Shown piece after piece: positions 40,705-49,605 of a stretch of DNA of 64,000 nt. Under the pieces are notes generated by a model, which saw only the letters and a program-made list of their open reading frames with translations, was not told the origin of the DNA and did not search any database. Within the stretch, counting starts at the first letter, position 1. Each line of letters starts with the position of its first letter. The position numbers were made by a program, and so were the translations under genes. The stretch comes from Methanomicrobia archaeon (GTDB lineage: Archaea > Halobacteriota > Bog-38 > Methanoflorentales > Methanoflorentaceae), in assembly GCA_015660915.1 (NCBI GenBank), contig JACTTZ010000006.1, forward strand, positions 16,370 through 80,369. Reading direction: 5' to 3'.

Positions 40705-41901
40705 ATGAAATACGATTTTGACCGCGTATATGACAGAAGCAATACCAATTGCATCAAATGGGATACCGTCAAAGCGATATTTGGTCGCGATGACGTCATT
40801 CCGATGTGGGTTGCCGATATGGATTTTCCAGTTGCCCAACCGATTGTTGAGGCGCTGAAGAAGCGCGCGGAGCACGAGTTTTATGGGTATACTCAGCCGG
40901 GTCCCAGTGTCACCGAAGCTGTTGTTGACCGTATGCAGCGGAAGTTCAAATGGAGAATCCAGCCGGAATGGGTAGTTTTTACCCCTGGTGTTATTCCCGC
41001 GCTTCATGCGGCGGTCAGAGCTCTTGCCCGTCCGGGCGACGAAATCATCCTGCAACCACCGGTATACTATCCCTTTTTCTCGGCAGTGACGTCCAGCGGA
41101 TGTCACATCGTGAATAACGAACTAAAACTGATAGACGGCTGCTATGAGATGGATTATGCAGGCCTTGAAGGCAATTTCCAGCCCAGAGCTGGTATGGGTC
41201 CCTCCCCTAGCCGAACAAAGGCTATCCTCTTGAGCAACCCACACAACCCAGTAGGGCGTTTGTGGAACAAGGAGGAACTGAGCCGGCTGGGGGAGATTGT
41301 CATCAGCCACGGAGCCAAAGTTATCTCCGATGAAATCCATTGCGAACTACTCTTCAATGGATGCGTACACACTCCTTTTGCCTCAATTTCACCGGAGTTT
41401 GAACAGAACTGTGTGGTCTGCATGGCACCTAGCAAGACCTTTAATCTCGCCGGGCTCAAGGCGTCTTCCATTATCATCCCCAACGAGAGACTTAGGAATG
41501 ATTTCGTAAACGCTAAAACTGGTATACAGCCAGGGCCGAACATTTTTGGTTTGACGGCGCTTGAAGCCGCTTACCGTTTCGGGGACGAGTGGCTGGAACA
41601 GCTTCTTCCTTATCTGCAGGGCAACCTTAACTTTGCGACTGAATACTTTGAGAAGAACATACCGAAAATCAAAGTCATCAAGCCGCATGGGACTTATCTT
41701 GTCTGGCTTGACTGCCGGGAACTGGGAATGGACAGCATGGCATTAAGGAGCTTTATGCGGGGGAAGGCCAGAGTAGGTTTTGATGACGGCTTTGTCTTCG
41801 GTGCTGGCGGAGCAGGATTCCAGAGAATGAACATTGCTTGCCCTCGGGCTGTTCTGGAGGAAGCATTGAGCAGAATCGAAGCAGCGGTGGGCAGTCTGTA
41901 A
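40705..41901 (+). CDS. MalY/PatB-family PLP C-S lyase (cystathionine beta-lyase-like)
   Basis: PMWVADMDF, NPHNPVG, SDEIH, PSKTFNLAG, RMNIAC. Confidence 0.9.
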   Translation: MKYDFDRVYDRSNTNCIKWDTVKAIFGRDDVIPMWVADMDFPVAQPIVEALKKRAEHEFYGYTQPGPSVTEAVVDRMQRKFKWRIQPEWVVFTPGVIPALHAAVRALARPGDEIILQPPVYYPFFSAVTSSGCHIVNNELKLIDGCYEMDYAGLEGNFQPRAGMGPSPSRTKAILLSNPHNPVGRLWNKEELSRLGEIVISHGAKVISDEIHCELLFNGCVHTPFASISPEFEQNCVVCMAPSKTFNLAGLKASSIIIPNERLRNDFVNAKTGIQPGPNIFGLTALEAAYRFGDEWLEQLLPYLQGNLNFATEYFEKNIPKIKVIKPHGTYLVWLDCRELGMDSMALRSFMRGKARVGFDDGFVFGAGGAGFQRMNIACPRAVLEEALSRIEAAVGSL

Positions 41902-41934
41902 TCTCCGGCTGCTGGCGGCTGGTCAAAGGCATTA

Positions 41935-42942
41935 ATGGGGGCACAAACGGTGGACGAGAGCGCGGAGACGAAAGCTTTTCTTATTGCAGAGGGAGGTGTG
42001 GATATTGATGAGCGTATACTTGGGCGCATTACAACCCCTGCTTCGGGCCCGGGTGCCGGCCTCACGTCGTTCTTTTTGCTATTTAACGGTCACCGTGTGC
42101 GCTTGGGCATAAAACACGGTTCTCGGCTTAAGGCATCGCTTGAAGGGAATGAAGTAGTTATCCGCGACCACGAAAAAGAGATCGTTCGCGGATCTCTCGA
42201 AGATGCCATCGCTCATTGCCCCGGACAAGCGTACATCACCGTAAGCGAGGTATGCATATTCGACTGCCAGTACTGCCCAGTGCCGCTTCTTAGAGGTTCG
42301 GTAAAGAGCCAGAGTGATGTTGAGATGGCGATTTCGCGAATTCTTGCCGATCCAACCCTCGCAAGCAAGCTAAAGGCTATCGCATTAACCTCCGGTGTCG
42401 AAAAGTCAGCGCAACACGAAGCCGAGCGGATCGCAGCTATCGTTCACACCCTGAGAGAGAAATACGATCTGCCGATCGGCGTATCCGTTTATCCAACACC
42501 AAATTCAACTAAGTTGTTGAAAGATGCCGGAGCTGACGAAATTAAGTACAACGTCGAAACAATGGATCGTCAACTCTTTGAGCAGATGTGCCCTGGGCTC
42601 TCACTCGACTTCATTTTGAAGGCTCTAAAAGACGCAGTAGAGATTTTCGGCCGAAACAAAGTGTTTTCCAATATCCTCGTTGGCTTGGGAGAGGATGATC
42701 TCTCAATTATCAACGGCATGTGCGAACTGATCAAAATAGGTGTGATACCTATACTAAGAGCCGTTGTTGAGCATCCTTTGCGAGCAGAGACGGGCATGCG
42801 ACGACCTGATGCAGAGCGCCTTTTGCGACTAGCGCGAAAAGAGCGTAAACTCCTCGACAAGTATGGCCTGCGAGCTGACATAGCAAAGACGATGTGCGCC
42901 CCGTGCACAGGCTGTGATCTGATGCCTCACCGGGACGTTTAA
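41935..42942 (+). CDS. Radical SAM protein (archaeal biotin-synthase-related)
   Basis: CIFDCQYC, AHCPGQA, C-terminal CAPCTGCD. Confidence 0.82.
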   Translation: MGAQTVDESAETKAFLIAEGGVDIDERILGRITTPASGPGAGLTSFFLLFNGHRVRLGIKHGSRLKASLEGNEVVIRDHEKEIVRGSLEDAIAHCPGQAYITVSEVCIFDCQYCPVPLLRGSVKSQSDVEMAISRILADPTLASKLKAIALTSGVEKSAQHEAERIAAIVHTLREKYDLPIGVSVYPTPNSTKLLKDAGADEIKYNVETMDRQLFEQMCPGLSLDFILKALKDAVEIFGRNKVFSNILVGLGEDDLSIINGMCELIKIGVIPILRAVVEHPLRAETGMRRPDAERLLRLARKERKLLDKYGLRADIAKTMCAPCTGCDLMPHRDV

Positions 42943-43395
42943 CACCGGCTGGTGTGCATATTTTTTGCGTCGTTTCGCAGTGACAAATCCCGCATAAGCG
43001 GCTGACAAGATTCGACTTTTTTCCGCTGAGGCTTTTTTTTGATGATTTGCGATTGTGGTTGTTATCCACTGACGCCAGAGAATCGGTCTGTCTAGGTCTT
43101 ACGCAGTACTAACGTCGCGCGGCCCCTAAAGAAGCCCTTGAAAAGATGCTTGGGACGGGTGTATAGCGCCGCAATAACTCTTAGGCTTTGTTGCATAACC
43201 CCCGTCTGTTGCAAAAGTAAAGGTTGTGTTGCAAAAGTCTACGCGGGTTGGGGTTCTGTTAAACCAAACGTTGTTAATCCTAGGTTGTTGAGAAAAGGTT
43301 GGCGGAAAATTGTTTTTCTGTAACAATTGCACGTTACATAGGATTATGTTATCGCAATATGGGATAACTTGCATTGTATTTGTAGAGGGAGTAAT

Positions 43396-44184
43396 ATGAC
43401 GCTAAGTATCATTATTAGAAGCCCAGATGGCATTGTACTCGCCACTGAAAGCAGAAGTTTGACGGAAGTGACTTTGCCAAACGGTTCGAAATGCCCAATT
43501 AGCTTTGATGAAACCAAGAAACTCCTAACGTTTGACGAACCCCACAACTTTGTAGCTGCTGTCACGACCGGGCTTGGAGGAATAGGGAATAGGTCTGTTT
43601 ATAATTTCGTACCAGATTTTGAAGCAACAATCGCTTCAGAAGGTCGTATGCCGGTTGACGAGTTCTCCGAAAAAATGTCCAACTTCTTCATGAAGGAATG
43701 GGAGAGGCGGCCACCAGAAATGAAAGACTGGAAAGGCCCGTCGATATCTTTTCTCGCGGCGGGTTTCAACGAAGGGGATGCATATCCTCACACTTACAAA
43801 ATAGATATTCCTTCTGAACCGAAACCCGTTGAATTGCCCCAGATAGACATAACTTGGGGAGGTGAAGGAGAGCTAGTCAACAGACTGATAAAAGGTTATG
43901 ACCCCAACCTTCCAAAACGATTGTCAGACGCTTGGTCGTTAACTGAAGAACAAGTGAAAGCTATGCCAGAAATCGCGCAACCGCTTTCTCTACAGTTCCC
44001 GTTGCCAGTGATGGGATTGCAAGGCTACATTGACTTAGCGGTATTGCTTCTCCGCACCACGATAGAAACTCAGCGACTAGCACTCTACGTAAGGGGGTGT
44101 GGCGGCCCTATCGACATGGCTACAATAACGCGAGGAGACGGGCTTTGCTTCGTTCGACTTAATGACGAAGACGAGATTTGCTAA
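43396..44184 (+). CDS. Proteasome-beta-like Ntn hydrolase (cargo)
   Basis: M-T-LSIIIRSPDGIVLATESR start, K at 'ETKKL', FLAAGF, GGPIDMATIT. Confidence 0.7.
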   Translation: MTLSIIIRSPDGIVLATESRSLTEVTLPNGSKCPISFDETKKLLTFDEPHNFVAAVTTGLGGIGNRSVYNFVPDFEATIASEGRMPVDEFSEKMSNFFMKEWERRPPEMKDWKGPSISFLAAGFNEGDAYPHTYKIDIPSEPKPVELPQIDITWGGEGELVNRLIKGYDPNLPKRLSDAWSLTEEQVKAMPEIAQPLSLQFPLPVMGLQGYIDLAVLLLRTTIETQRLALYVRGCGGPIDMATITRGDGLCFVRLNDEDEIC

Positions 44185-44369
44185 CTGCGGAGACTAAAAA
44201 ATTGTCCTGAGGTACCGTGTTTCGGCCCTTCAGTTTGCGAGCGAACGCGCTTTATATATTCCTCAATTGCTTTGTAGTCGCTTTCCGTAATTTCTTCGCC
44301 GTCTAAGAAGTATTTGTCAACGCTCTTTTTCTCAAGCACGTGGGTGCTATTTTCTATCTTACTTTCCAT
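44181..44369 (-). CDS. Small hypothetical protein divergent from the transposase
   Basis: 62-aa ORF. Confidence 0.45.
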   Translation of the reverse strand: MESKIENSTHVLEKKSVDKYFLDGEEITESDYKAIEEYIKRVRSQTEGPKHGTSGQFFSLRS

Positions 44370-44383
44370 TCTAAATTAACCGA

Positions 44384-45678
44384 TTGCTAGGTAAACGTTT
44401 AATCGGACGTACGACGATTATCAGTTCTTTGTCGCGTATTTCTAGCTGCCAATCTAATGAATCATCACTCGTCAGGTTCAAAGCTCGGAAGGAAAGGGGT
44501 TTGAGCATAGCAAAGACCTGCAAAATCACCAAGAGCGGCAACAGTTGGATAGTTCCCTCTCAGTCAAACGGAACCACATACGACGTAGAATTCTCAGAAT
44601 TTGACCATAAACAGTCTTGCACTTGCCCTGATTACCAATACCGGAAAATCAAGTGCAAGCATATCTTCGCGGTTGTGTTAATCGTCACTGAAGAGATTGA
44701 CAGCTACGGAACGGTCACGCAGACTGTTACAAAGCGGGTAAGCTACGCGCAGAATTGGCAAGCCTACGACCAAGCGCAAATACACCAGAAAGAGCTTTTT
44801 ATGGGCTTGCTCCGAGACTTAACAAGTTCTATTCCGCAGCCGGAGTACACGTTTGGAAGGCCGAAGTTGCCATTAGCCGATATGGTGTTTGCGTCTGCTT
44901 TGAAGGTCTTCTCAACCTTTTCGCTAAGGCGGTTTACCACTGACATGCAAATAGCAAAGGAGAGAGGTTTGATTGAGAGAGTGCCCTACTACACGACTGT
45001 TGCGCGGTATATGGAGAATTCAGAGCTAACACCCATCATCAAAGACCTTATCGCCATGACAAGCCTCGCTTTAGCCTCAGTTGAAAACGACTTCACTATT
45101 GACAGCTCAGGATTCGGAACTTCGAGGTTTGTCAAGTGGTTCGACCACAAATACGGCAAAGACAAAGACGTTAGGACGTGGGTAAAAGCGCACGTAGCTT
45201 GCGGGGTTAAGACAAACATCGTTACTGCTGTCGAGTTGACAATGGGTAACGAGCATGATTCAAAGTTTCTGCCGGAACTGGTGACTCAGACAGCTCAGAA
45301 CTTTACGTCAAAGAAGTGTCCGGAGATAAGGCGTATTCTTCGAGAGCCAATTTAGAATTGATAAACGAGCTGGGCGCTGTGCCTTACATCCCATTTAAAA
45401 AGGGAACCACAGGCCGAGCGAAGAACGCGCCAACGTGGAAGAAGATGTATCACTACTTCGAATTCAGAAACGAGGAATTCCTAGAGCACTACCACAAGCG
45501 GAGCAATGCAGAGACGACGTTTCATATGATAAAGAGCAAGTCTGGGGATTCAGTACGCAGTAAGACGGAAGTGGCTCAGGCTAATGAAGTCTTACTGAAA
45601 GTGCTGTGCCACAACATCTGCGTGGTAATACAGGAGATGTTTGAGTTGGGCATTGAACCCAACTTTTTTTCTTCTTAA
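44384..45678 (+). pseudogene. SWIM-DDE transposase with a 1-nt frameshift near 45305
   Basis: CTCPDY..CKHI SWIM, IDSSGF, GDKAY, YHKRSNAE. Reads CTTTACGTC where the intact copy has CTTTAACGTC. Start uncertain. Confidence 0.88.
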
Positions 45679-45756
45679 GGGTGGGTGTTTGGTTCGGCAG
45701 CCAGAGCTTTTTGTAAGAGCACTGTTAATAACCACTCTTCTGGAAGGCGATAACCT

Positions 45757-46038
45757 ATGAATCAGAGCGAGCTGTTTAAAGAAGTTCTTGAGAATATTAG
45801 GAAAGAGATTAAATCCCAAAATGATGAGATAATAAAAATCGCAGAGCGTGTTGGAGATAAAGAGAGAAAGAAGATAGGAGACCGTATTAGCATCGACAGC
45901 GACATCGCTGACGGCTTCAAGAACATCGTTTCCAACATCGACCGGCTAGAACAGATGATAAGCGCGGTAAACCAGAGAGTTTTTGAGGTAAACCAGAGAG
46001 TTACTGAATTGGCGAAGCATACTTACCCCTATGTATGA
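45757..46038 (+). CDS. Small coiled-coil cargo protein
   Basis: 93-aa heptad-rich ORF. Confidence 0.6.
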   Translation: MNQSELFKEVLENIRKEIKSQNDEIIKIAERVGDKERKKIGDRISIDSDIADGFKNIVSNIDRLEQMISAVNQRVFEVNQRVTELAKHTYPYV

Positions 46039-46102
46039 GTGTGTTACACGTTTGTGGTTGTGACGGTAAGAACCTAACCAGAAATTTGGGGGGGGTGAGG
46101 AA

Positions 46103-46264
46103 TTGGTCAATGAAGATGAATTTAAGGTATTAGAAAACCGTGTGGAAGAGCTTGAAAGACTTTTTGAAGAACTCCATCAGCAAATGACACCCGATAAGAT
46201 AGGAAAATTGGTTGAGAAATACGTGAAAGAATATGCTAAGCTTCCAGAAGGAGCTAGGAGTTAA
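46103..46264 (+). CDS. 53-aa coiled-coil cargo protein (below the ORF-track cutoff)
   Basis: GGTGAGG RBS, TTG start; MVNEDEFKVLENRVEELERLFEELHQQ...GARS. Confidence 0.55.
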   Translation: MVNEDEFKVLENRVEELERLFEELHQQMTPDKIGKLVEKYVKEYAKLPEGARS

Positions 46265-46402
46265 CGAGTCGTATACGCTTATTATTTTCTGCTTTACTCC
46301 TTAACTTAACGAATCTTTGTTACCAACCGATTCACCTCAGCCACTTTTCACCGATTCAGCAACCGCAGATTCAGCACTAGTTTCGAGTGGGTTCACTGGA
46401 GA

Positions 46403-46490
46403 TTCAACAAAGCCGCAACAAAAGATGTTTGAGTTGGGGATTGAGCCGAGTTTCTTTGGTCTTACGCCCGCTTTGAATGCCGACTTGTAA
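46403..46490 (+). pseudogene. Orphan TIR plus the last 21 codons of another transposase copy
   Basis: TTCAACAAAGCC at 46403-46414, then MFELGIEPSFFGLTPALNADL*. Confidence 0.75.
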
Positions 46491-46554
46491 GCAAGACTAC
46501 CGAAAGATATTTTTCTTTTCACATATTATATTATAAAACAGGGACGTGGCGACG

Positions 46555-46845
46555 ATGGCAGGTATAATCAATAGTCGTGGCAATTCTTTTACTGGTGGTG
46601 ACGATTATTTTCAAGGTGGCAATGCATCTGTAAATGGCAACTATTTTTCGGCAAGAGACGATGTTATTCTTGTGGATTCCTCCGCCTTAACAGCCTGCGC
46701 CTTACCTACCTTTATAAGAAGCGGAGAAACTCTACCTCCAGAAATACTCCCGGATGTAAGTAAAGAGAAGCCACTACTCTTCGAAATAGATATCATACGT
46801 GTTGTTTCGGCTGAGCCGTTAATAGACCAAATAAAACGACGTTGA
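46555..46845 (+). CDS. Hypothetical cargo protein
   Basis: Low-complexity ~96-aa ORF immediately upstream of the next gene. Confidence 0.5.
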   Translation: MAGIINSRGNSFTGGDDYFQGGNASVNGNYFSARDDVILVDSSALTACALPTFIRSGETLPPEILPDVSKEKPLLFEIDIIRVVSAEPLIDQIKRR

Positions 46846-46865
46846 AGGCGTTTAGATGGGTAATA

Positions 46866-47630
46866 ATGGTTAATATTGACCCTTGCGACGCCTGCGACGC
46901 AAAAGACAAGTGTTCAGCAGTTTTTGATGAAATTGACAATACTAAGGAAATTGAACAGGGCGACATACTCCTTTTGCCTTATATTTATCCTATAGGACGT
47001 ATCGAATTTGCAGAAGATAAGCCCGAGGGTAAGCTCAAAGCATGGATACAAAAATGGAATGCTGTGGTGCTAAGTCACTCTAGCACTTTGGCACAAAACA
47101 AGTTAGACCTCGTGCTTCTCTGTCCTATATGGGGGGTAAGCAGTTTCTATGCAAATCGCGTCGAGCGGCTTAAACTAGATGATGAATATGCCAAAAAAAT
47201 TTTTAAAGACGGTAAATTTGATAGAGAAAACTTCAAAAATAAAACAGATAGTCTACTTAGTGAAGCGACTATAGGTACTCAATATGGTTACAGTATTCTA
47301 AAAAAGACACCTCCGTGCGACAAATATCAAAAAGGCTTAGCTCCGATGCTTGTTGATTTTACTAATGCTTATTCACTTCCTGTAGATTTAATAAAGCGTT
47401 ACGTAGAAAAATCTCAAGACAAGCCTAAGAGGCTTAGGTTGACATGCGAGTATAGAATTGATTTGGTAAGCAGGTTCAACTATTTCTTGCAAAGGACTGT
47501 GGCGCCAAGAGATGAACTTAGTTTTCCAGATATGAAGCAAAATGACATTGATTATCCACGAATAGATACGATGCTCGATAAAGTGGCTGAGGCTTCAGAA
47601 AAAAAAGAAAAGAAAACGGGTGAAAGCTGA
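46866..47630 (+). CDS. Hypothetical cargo protein, possible PemK/MazF-like fold
   Basis: QGDI...AVVLSHS..L...VLLCPI...LVDF...RL.L...YR..L..RF..F..R pattern. Confidence 0.55.
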   Translation: MVNIDPCDACDAKDKCSAVFDEIDNTKEIEQGDILLLPYIYPIGRIEFAEDKPEGKLKAWIQKWNAVVLSHSSTLAQNKLDLVLLCPIWGVSSFYANRVERLKLDDEYAKKIFKDGKFDRENFKNKTDSLLSEATIGTQYGYSILKKTPPCDKYQKGLAPMLVDFTNAYSLPVDLIKRYVEKSQDKPKRLRLTCEYRIDLVSRFNYFLQRTVAPRDELSFPDMKQNDIDYPRIDTMLDKVAEASEKKEKKTGES

Positions 47631-47652
47631 CCGTCTAATCAAAACAATGACG

Positions 47653-48174
47653 TCAAACAGGTGGATATCTTTTGACGACGCTTTGATGATTGACTAGATA
47701 AATAGGCTCTCCCTGTACGTCATTATGGTCAACTTTTGCAATTGCTTGAGCAACGGTTTGCACAGATAACTTGATGCCTTCTACTTCGTATTCATTCCAC
47801 GGTTCTTTCACAGGTGTAAACTCCAAGGCGTTTTCTTTAAGTAACAATTCAATCTGAGACGGTTCTGACGGAAGTCGAGCATTGGACGGGTTCCCTCTTA
47901 ATCCAGAAGGTGAAAATGAAGCCATTATAGGTATAGTAGTTGCAGTATAATTGCCGTCTATCTTAAAGAATTTTAGCGGCTTAACAAGAAGCTTTATTAC
48001 TGTTTCATCATTGAGACAGTAAACGCTGCACTCTTCCTTTATCCGTTCAAAATCTAAATAACCATATTCTTTAATTTTGTCTTTAACGGTATCAATACTA
48101 GTCATCGGGGTCACCCGTTCAGCGATGTATAAATGTCTATCATTTGAGAAAGTTGTTTTGGTTGCACTACTCAT
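47653..48174 (-). CDS. Hypothetical cargo protein with an internally duplicated domain
   Basis: LDFERIKEECSVYCL and LEFTPVKEPWNEYEV repeats; alternative start at 48105. Confidence 0.6.
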   Translation of the reverse strand: MSSATKTTFSNDRHLYIAERVTPMTSIDTVKDKIKEYGYLDFERIKEECSVYCLNDETVIKLLVKPLKFFKIDGNYTATTIPIMASFSPSGLRGNPSNARLPSEPSQIELLLKENALEFTPVKEPWNEYEVEGIKLSVQTVAQAIAKVDHNDVQGEPIYLVNHQSVVKRYPPV

Positions 48175-48380
48175 GTTTTTTCACCTGTAAAGGCTCCACT
48201 CTTGGGGAAAAAGGCGCGTGTTGCAAAACACCCTTCTGTTGCAAAAGTCGGGGTTGTGTTGCATAAGTGCCTGAGAAATGCGGCGAAATGTGAGTTTTGC
48301 AACAAAGCCTAACTCTTAGGCTTTGTAAAATAAGTGCCGTTTGTTAAAAAAGTCAAGTTTCTGTTAAAAAAGTCAGTGTT

Positions 48381-48695
48381 CTATTTTCGCACCGCTGCGT
48401 TGAGGCCCGACTCGACTTGGTCAATGGTCGTATTGCACAATAACACCACTTTCCTAGTGCTTGTATGCCCTGAAATGAGTTGCACCTCGTCCACAGGCTT
48501 GTCGAACAAAATCGCAAGGTATCTCATGAGCTGTTCGTTTGCTTTTCCTTTTTGTGCTGGCTCAGTGAGTTTGATACGGACGGCATGCCGCCATGCGTTG
48601 AATCCTTCGATGCCTGAATTTCGTGAACTTGGCGCTACTTCTATGCGAATCGTCACGCCTTCTGGTACGGCCCTCAGTGCGCCTTCAAGCTGCAT
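48381..48695 (-). CDS. DUF167 (YggU/UPF0235) protein
   Basis: IEVAPSS, PAQKGKAN, ISGHTSTRK. Confidence 0.85.
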   Translation of the reverse strand: MQLEGALRAVPEGVTIRIEVAPSSRNSGIEGFNAWRHAVRIKLTEPAQKGKANEQLMRYLAILFDKPVDEVQLISGHTSTRKVVLLCNTTIDQVESGLNAAVRK

Positions 48696-49077
48696 AAACG
48701 GGATGAAAAGATAGAAATTTTGGTCTTTGCCCCGACGCACTAACTCCGAAGGTTCATTCTCTTGAAATCTTCGCTGTCCCCTTCAGTTACCCTCGTGCCG
48801 GGGCATGATGCGACCTTTGCCATTACGGGGTTGTTTTGCTATCATCGAAGGGCGTTCGCCAAGAACTCAAACAAAGACCTATACGTAACGGGATACTTTG
48901 GCTCCTATATGCACTGATAATCATCCAAACACGCACGTGACACGTTATACCAGTCCTCTTAAGAGCGTTATTTTGTATATTGGGGATGCTATATATCGTT
49001 TTTGTTTGAGTCACACAGCTAAGGTCATTTCAATGCACTTTTATATTTAATATGCTTAGCCTCAATGTCTGATATTT

Positions 49078-49524
49078 ATGGCTTACTGGCTCTATGTTAC
49101 GAATTTTGACAACTGGAACGTCACGAAAGAGACAAATATTTTAGGAGTTTCCGAAAAGTTCGGAAAGATCCTTTCTCGTGTAAAGAAAGGTGATAAGTGC
49201 TTAATTTATCTAAAGACCGAAACAGTGAGCAGAGAGCGTTATCCTCCACAGGTGGCTGGGGCATATCAGATTGTGTCAGAAGTATTCAAAGACAGCAAAG
49301 TGATGTTCCACGCACCCTACGCTACTTCCAATGAGACATACGGTCTAAGAGTAAGGCTAGAACCTTTGCGGCTATTCGAGCTTCCCATTGAGTTTAAGCC
49401 GCTCGTTTTGAGATTGGCATTTATTACAAACAAGGCAAAATGGTTTTTGAATCTTAGAGGACGAGCAATGGTCGCGATTCCGAAAAGTGATTACGACTTG
49501 ATCCTTTCTGCTGCTCATCATTAA
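49078..49524 (+). CDS. EVE-domain protein
   Basis: MAYWL..NW..VKKGDKCLIY, LAFITNK.KW, M..I.K.DY.LI. Confidence 0.85.
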   Translation: MAYWLYVTNFDNWNVTKETNILGVSEKFGKILSRVKKGDKCLIYLKTETVSRERYPPQVAGAYQIVSEVFKDSKVMFHAPYATSNETYGLRVRLEPLRLFELPIEFKPLVLRLAFITNKAKWFLNLRGRAMVAIPKSDYDLILSAAHH

Positions 49525-49605
49525 ACGGATTATTCAAGGTCAGTTTCGGCTAGGATTCGTAAAATCCATATAGTAAGAACTCATATTACCAGATGGACTG
49601 ATTTT

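Larger units (their letters stand above)
43184..48309 (+). mobile_element. Cargo transposon 'element B' (5126 bp)
   Basis: TIRs GGCTTTGTTGCATAAC / GGCTTTGTTGCAAAAC; TSD TAACTCTTA at 43175-43183 and 48310-48318; subterminal TGTTGCAAAAGT repeats. Confidence 0.93.

Noticed and set aside
43184-43240. Transposon subterminal repeats as a mini-CRISPR or CAST
   Set aside because: 12-bp boxes with 6-8 bp gaps; no cas or Tns genes in the window.
45295-45320. Programmed frameshift in the element B transposase
   Set aside because: No slippery heptamer, and the paralog is continuous with one extra A, so a simple deletion or sequencing error is more likely.
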